DNA of 64,000 nucleotides, taken from assembly GCA_963815535.1 (NCBI GenBank), contig CAWFGS010000006.1, positions 11,478 through 75,477 of the forward strand. The letters run 5' to 3'. Source of the DNA: an uncultured Alphaproteobacteria bacterium (lineage in GTDB: Bacteria > Pseudomonadota > Alphaproteobacteria > Sphingomonadales > Sphingomonadaceae). The notes under the pieces are model-generated. The model was not told the DNA's origin. It was given only the letters and a program-made list of their open reading frames with translations, and did not search any database. A program made the position numbers and the translations under genes. The stretch's first letter is position 1, and each line of letters begins with the position of its first letter. Positions 61,449 to 64,000 of this stretch are shown here, piece by piece.

Positions 61449-61870
61449 CCGACCCATCCGTTCCGATCGATGAAGCCGCGCTGATCGCTGCCGCCCGCGA
61501 TGCCGCGCACCATTCCTACGCGCCCTATTCCGACTTTGCCGTCGGCGCGGCTTTGGGGTTTGCAGATGGCACGATCGTCACCGGTACGAACATCGAAAAC
61601 GCCAGTTACGGCCTCGCAATGTGTGCGGAAACGGTCGCGGTGGCCAAGGCGATGGCCGATGGCCGTCGCGGCGGGCTGGCGGCGGTTGCGGTAACGGGCC
61701 CGGCGGACGATCCGATCACGCCCTGCGGACGATGCCGGCAAGTGCTCAACGAACTGGCCGGGTTGGGCGGAACCGACCCTTCGATCCTGTGCGTCGGCAA
61801 GAACGAAACGAAGCGCATTCGATTGTCCGTCCTCTTGCCCGAAGCGTTCGGACCCGCCAGTCTGACCTGA
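61445..61870 (+). CDS. cdd: Cytidine deaminase
   Basis: The ATG overlaps the upstream stop (ATGA). Motifs: SYAPYSDFAVGAAL, CAE, PCGRCRQVL. Confidence 0.9.
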   Translation: MTDPSVPIDEAALIAAARDAAHHSYAPYSDFAVGAALGFADGTIVTGTNIENASYGLAMCAETVAVAKAMADGRRGGLAAVAVTGPADDPITPCGRCRQVLNELAGLGGTDPSILCVGKNETKRIRLSVLLPEAFGPASLT

Positions 61871-61901
61871 ACGCAATCGATTCGTGCGATCGGAGCTCGC
61901 G

Positions 61902-62363
61902 ATGTTTTCATCCCTTTTTGCCGCCGTTCTGATGATGGCGGGGCCATCGGCCGAACCGTCCCTGCCGTTGGAATTGGCGGGACGCTGCGATTATCCCGAA
62001 CGGGCGCGCGAGTTCACCCCAAGCACCGTGCTGGCATTCTGCGACGGAGTTACGATCAGCGGTGCCGGTTCCGGCCCGGATGCCAATGCCGCTGCGAAAA
62101 CCGGTGTCGAAAGTGACGGCAGCAGGCGCGTGTTCGATTTCACCCAGGGGTCGCGCGAGTCGATCCTGCGGTTCTACGGCACGAAGGACGGCGAACGGTT
62201 CGTGATCGATCGCGTGCGCTTGCGATCGGGGCGCATCGTCGCGGCGAAGGGGGTGTGCAGCATCTTCTACGCCGAAACGCGCATCAGCATCGTCGCCTGC
62301 CTCGCCAATGGGCGGGCGCGCAATTATGCCGCGAATTTCATTCCGCGGCGCTACCCCGACTGA
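61902..62363 (+). CDS. Hypothetical exported protein
   Basis: Signal-like MFSSLFAAVLMMAGPSA. No family recognised. Confidence 0.45.
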   Translation: MFSSLFAAVLMMAGPSAEPSLPLELAGRCDYPERAREFTPSTVLAFCDGVTISGAGSGPDANAAAKTGVESDGSRRVFDFTQGSRESILRFYGTKDGERFVIDRVRLRSGRIVAAKGVCSIFYAETRISIVACLANGRARNYAANFIPRRYPD

Positions 62364-63494
62364 TTACCGGTCCAGCCATTCCAGCAGCGATGCCAGACAA
62401 TCGCGGGCCAGCATCCGGCATCGTTCCGGCGACCAGCCCTGTTCCGCATCGGGCAGATCGTCATTGTCCTTATACGGCATTTCCAGCGTCATCGCCGTCG
62501 CGCCGAAACGATGCGCGACCTGCGTGGTGGACATTGCCAGATTGGCGCTGCCGGGGCGGGCGACGGGATAGCCCTTTTCGGTCTGAAAATCGGGCGTCCT
62601 GCGATCCAGGATCGCCTTGTACGATGTGAACCCGGCCAGATGCGTCTCGGTCAGATCGGGGATGCCTTCATATCCGGCAAGGAACACCGCCGGGATCGCC
62701 TCGTCCCCGTGCACGTCCATCGCGAAATCGACGCCGGTTTCATCCATGCGCCCCCGTATCGCGAGCACTTCAGGCGATCGTTCGGCAGTCGGCTCCGCCC
62801 ATTCGCGATTCAGATTTGCGCCCACACCGTTGGTCCGCAAATGCCCCCGGCGCGAACCGTCGGGGTTGCAGTTGGGCACGATGTGGAACGTGCATCGCTG
62901 GCGCAGCGCGCGCGCGATCGGATCGGCGGGATCGGTCAGGCATTGCAGCGCCCCTTCCATCCACCATTCCGCCATCGTTTCGCCGGGGTGCTGGCGGGCA
63001 TAGAGCCACACCTGCTTCGGCCCATCGCCCAGCGTCAGATAATCGATCGGCTGACCGTCGAGCGTTCGGCCCAGCTGGCGATATTCGACACCCTGGCTGG
63101 CCGACGCCTCCGCGATCAGATCGTGATGGCGTTCCATCGAATAGGGCGCGAAATAGGCGAAATAGGCAATGGCACTGGCAGGGGTGTATCGGATCGTCAG
63201 CGTGCCGCCGTCTTCGTTCCTGTCGTAAGAGCTTGGCGCGCGGCCCCAATATTCGCGATCCTCGCTGACGACGGCGTCGTAGCCGGGCCAGCCTGCGGGG
63301 TAGGCGGATTTTTCCAGACCGGTGATCTTCAGTTCCATTTCTCGACTGGGCGTGGCCGCAACCCGGAAATAGAACCATTGCGAAAATTGCGCGTTTTCAT
63401 CGGCTTTGATAGCCAGCCGGGCAGAGTTTTCGCCGGTGTCCAATACCTTTATGTTGCCGCCGTCGAATGCGGCATCGATCGTGACGTTCGCCAT
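62364..63494 (-). CDS. M14-family zinc carboxypeptidase (cytosolic carboxypeptidase-like, with N-terminal beta-sandwich domain)
   Basis: [12 protein letters not shown] (HxxE), NPDG, MDVHGDE. Intact 376 aa. Confidence 0.8.
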   Translation of the reverse strand: MANVTIDAAFDGGNIKVLDTGENSARLAIKADENAQFSQWFYFRVAATPSREMELKITGLEKSAYPAGWPGYDAVVSEDREYWGRAPSSYDRNEDGGTLTIRYTPASAIAYFAYFAPYSMERHHDLIAEASASQGVEYRQLGRTLDGQPIDYLTLGDGPKQVWLYARQHPGETMAEWWMEGALQCLTDPADPIARALRQRCTFHIVPNCNPDGSRRGHLRTNGVGANLNREWAEPTAERSPEVLAIRGRMDETGVDFAMDVHGDEAIPAVFLAGYEGIPDLTETHLAGFTSYKAILDRRTPDFQTEKGYPVARPGSANLAMSTTQVAHRFGATAMTLEMPYKDNDDLPDAEQGWSPERCRMLARDCLASLLEWLDR

Positions 63495-64000
63495 TTATCG
63501 CACCTTCACCGACACGGTTTCGCCATTATTGCCGGGAAATTCGCGGAAGATCGCGCCGGCTATGGCGCTGGCGTTGGCGGCCGGCTGGACCAAATCGGAT
63601 TTGGCATCGACCGTGAAGTTCGCGCGCCCTTCCCACAATGCCTCGTCGGAAGCCTTGTCGCGGATGCCGATGGTCATTTCCGTACCGACCAGATCGCGCG
63701 GTCCGCCGCCCAGATTGATGCCGATACCGGCCCCGACACCACCACCGCGAAATCCGCCGGTTCCACCGCCCACACCGACGCTGACGGGATTGCGGCGACC
63801 CTGCGGTGTGGAGGCGAACCGATCGACGCCGACGGTCACGATCTGTCGCGCGCTGGCACGGTCCGTCTCGCGATAGCCCAATGCGGTCAATTCGCGCGCG
63901 ACCGCCGCCTTGTAAGTCGCCAGTTCCAATGCGCCGGTGGCGTTGCCGGGCACGGGATCGCCGATCGCGGCGGTAAGATCGGGTGCGCTTTCGATGAAAA
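63495..64000 (-). CDS. DUF4136-like lipoprotein, 5' end beyond the window
   Basis: The frame stays open to the window edge. A Gly-rich loop VGVGGGTGGFRGGGVGAGIGINLGGG and C-terminal FREFPGNNGETVSVKVR are typical of DUF4136 (by eye). Confidence 0.5.
   Translation of the reverse strand, partial: FIESAPDLTAAIGDPVPGNATGALELATYKAAVARELTALGYRETDRASARQIVTVGVDRFASTPQGRRNPVSVGVGGGTGGFRGGGVGAGIGINLGGGPRDLVGTEMTIGIRDKASDEALWEGRANFTVDAKSDLVQPAANASAIAGAIFREFPGNNGETVSVKVR

Overview
GC-rich alphaproteobacterial (sphingomonad-like) chromosomal window, read from gene content and protein similarity by eye. Most of it is housekeeping and metabolic genes: nrdA/nrdB, argB, yggT, folD, dcd, putA, mtaP, trhO, ftsH, rpoZ, dnaB and cdd. 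It also holds tRNA-Gly(GCC), tRNA-Leu(CAG), several transporters and conserved-unknown genes. I saw no rRNA, CRISPR array, transposase, integrase or prophage.

Five loci stand out:
1. An AT-rich insertion directly after the nrdB terminator (about 4.05-5.48 kb) carries an Abi_2 (AbiD/AbiF-like) abortive-infection gene. It is followed by a family of long GC-rich palindromic repeats that bracket a cassette-like small ORF (5.48-6.26 kb).
2. A roughly 4.2 kb fused Type IIG restriction-modification gene (36985-41157) has a PD-ExK nuclease and an NPPW gamma-class N6A methyltransferase. As sequenced it is heavily frame-disrupted and contains a low-GC specificity-region segment.
3. A seven-gene, tightly coupled minus-strand operon (24.2-30.4 kb) runs trhO, GST, DUF2064-like, disulfide oxidoreductase, radical SAM, DUF2721, MTAP. 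Its function is unknown.
4. An ABC ATPase is paired with a 1198-aa ABC-2 permease fused to an M1 aminopeptidase, next to tRNA-Leu.
5. DUF3604, a PpiC-like protein and HupE form a translationally coupled trio.

A window-wide caveat applies. By manual reading I count roughly 40-45 single-nucleotide frame breaks, mostly +1 insertions. Some fall in genes that are normally indispensable (nrdA, argB, folD). They cluster strongly at 11.9-13.4 kb, 39.5-40.7 kb and 49.9-50.8 kb, while several 1.5-3.6 kb ORFs are intact. Consensus indel error is the most economical explanation, so 'pseudogene' calls here are provisional. All family assignments come from motif recognition by eye, not from searches.
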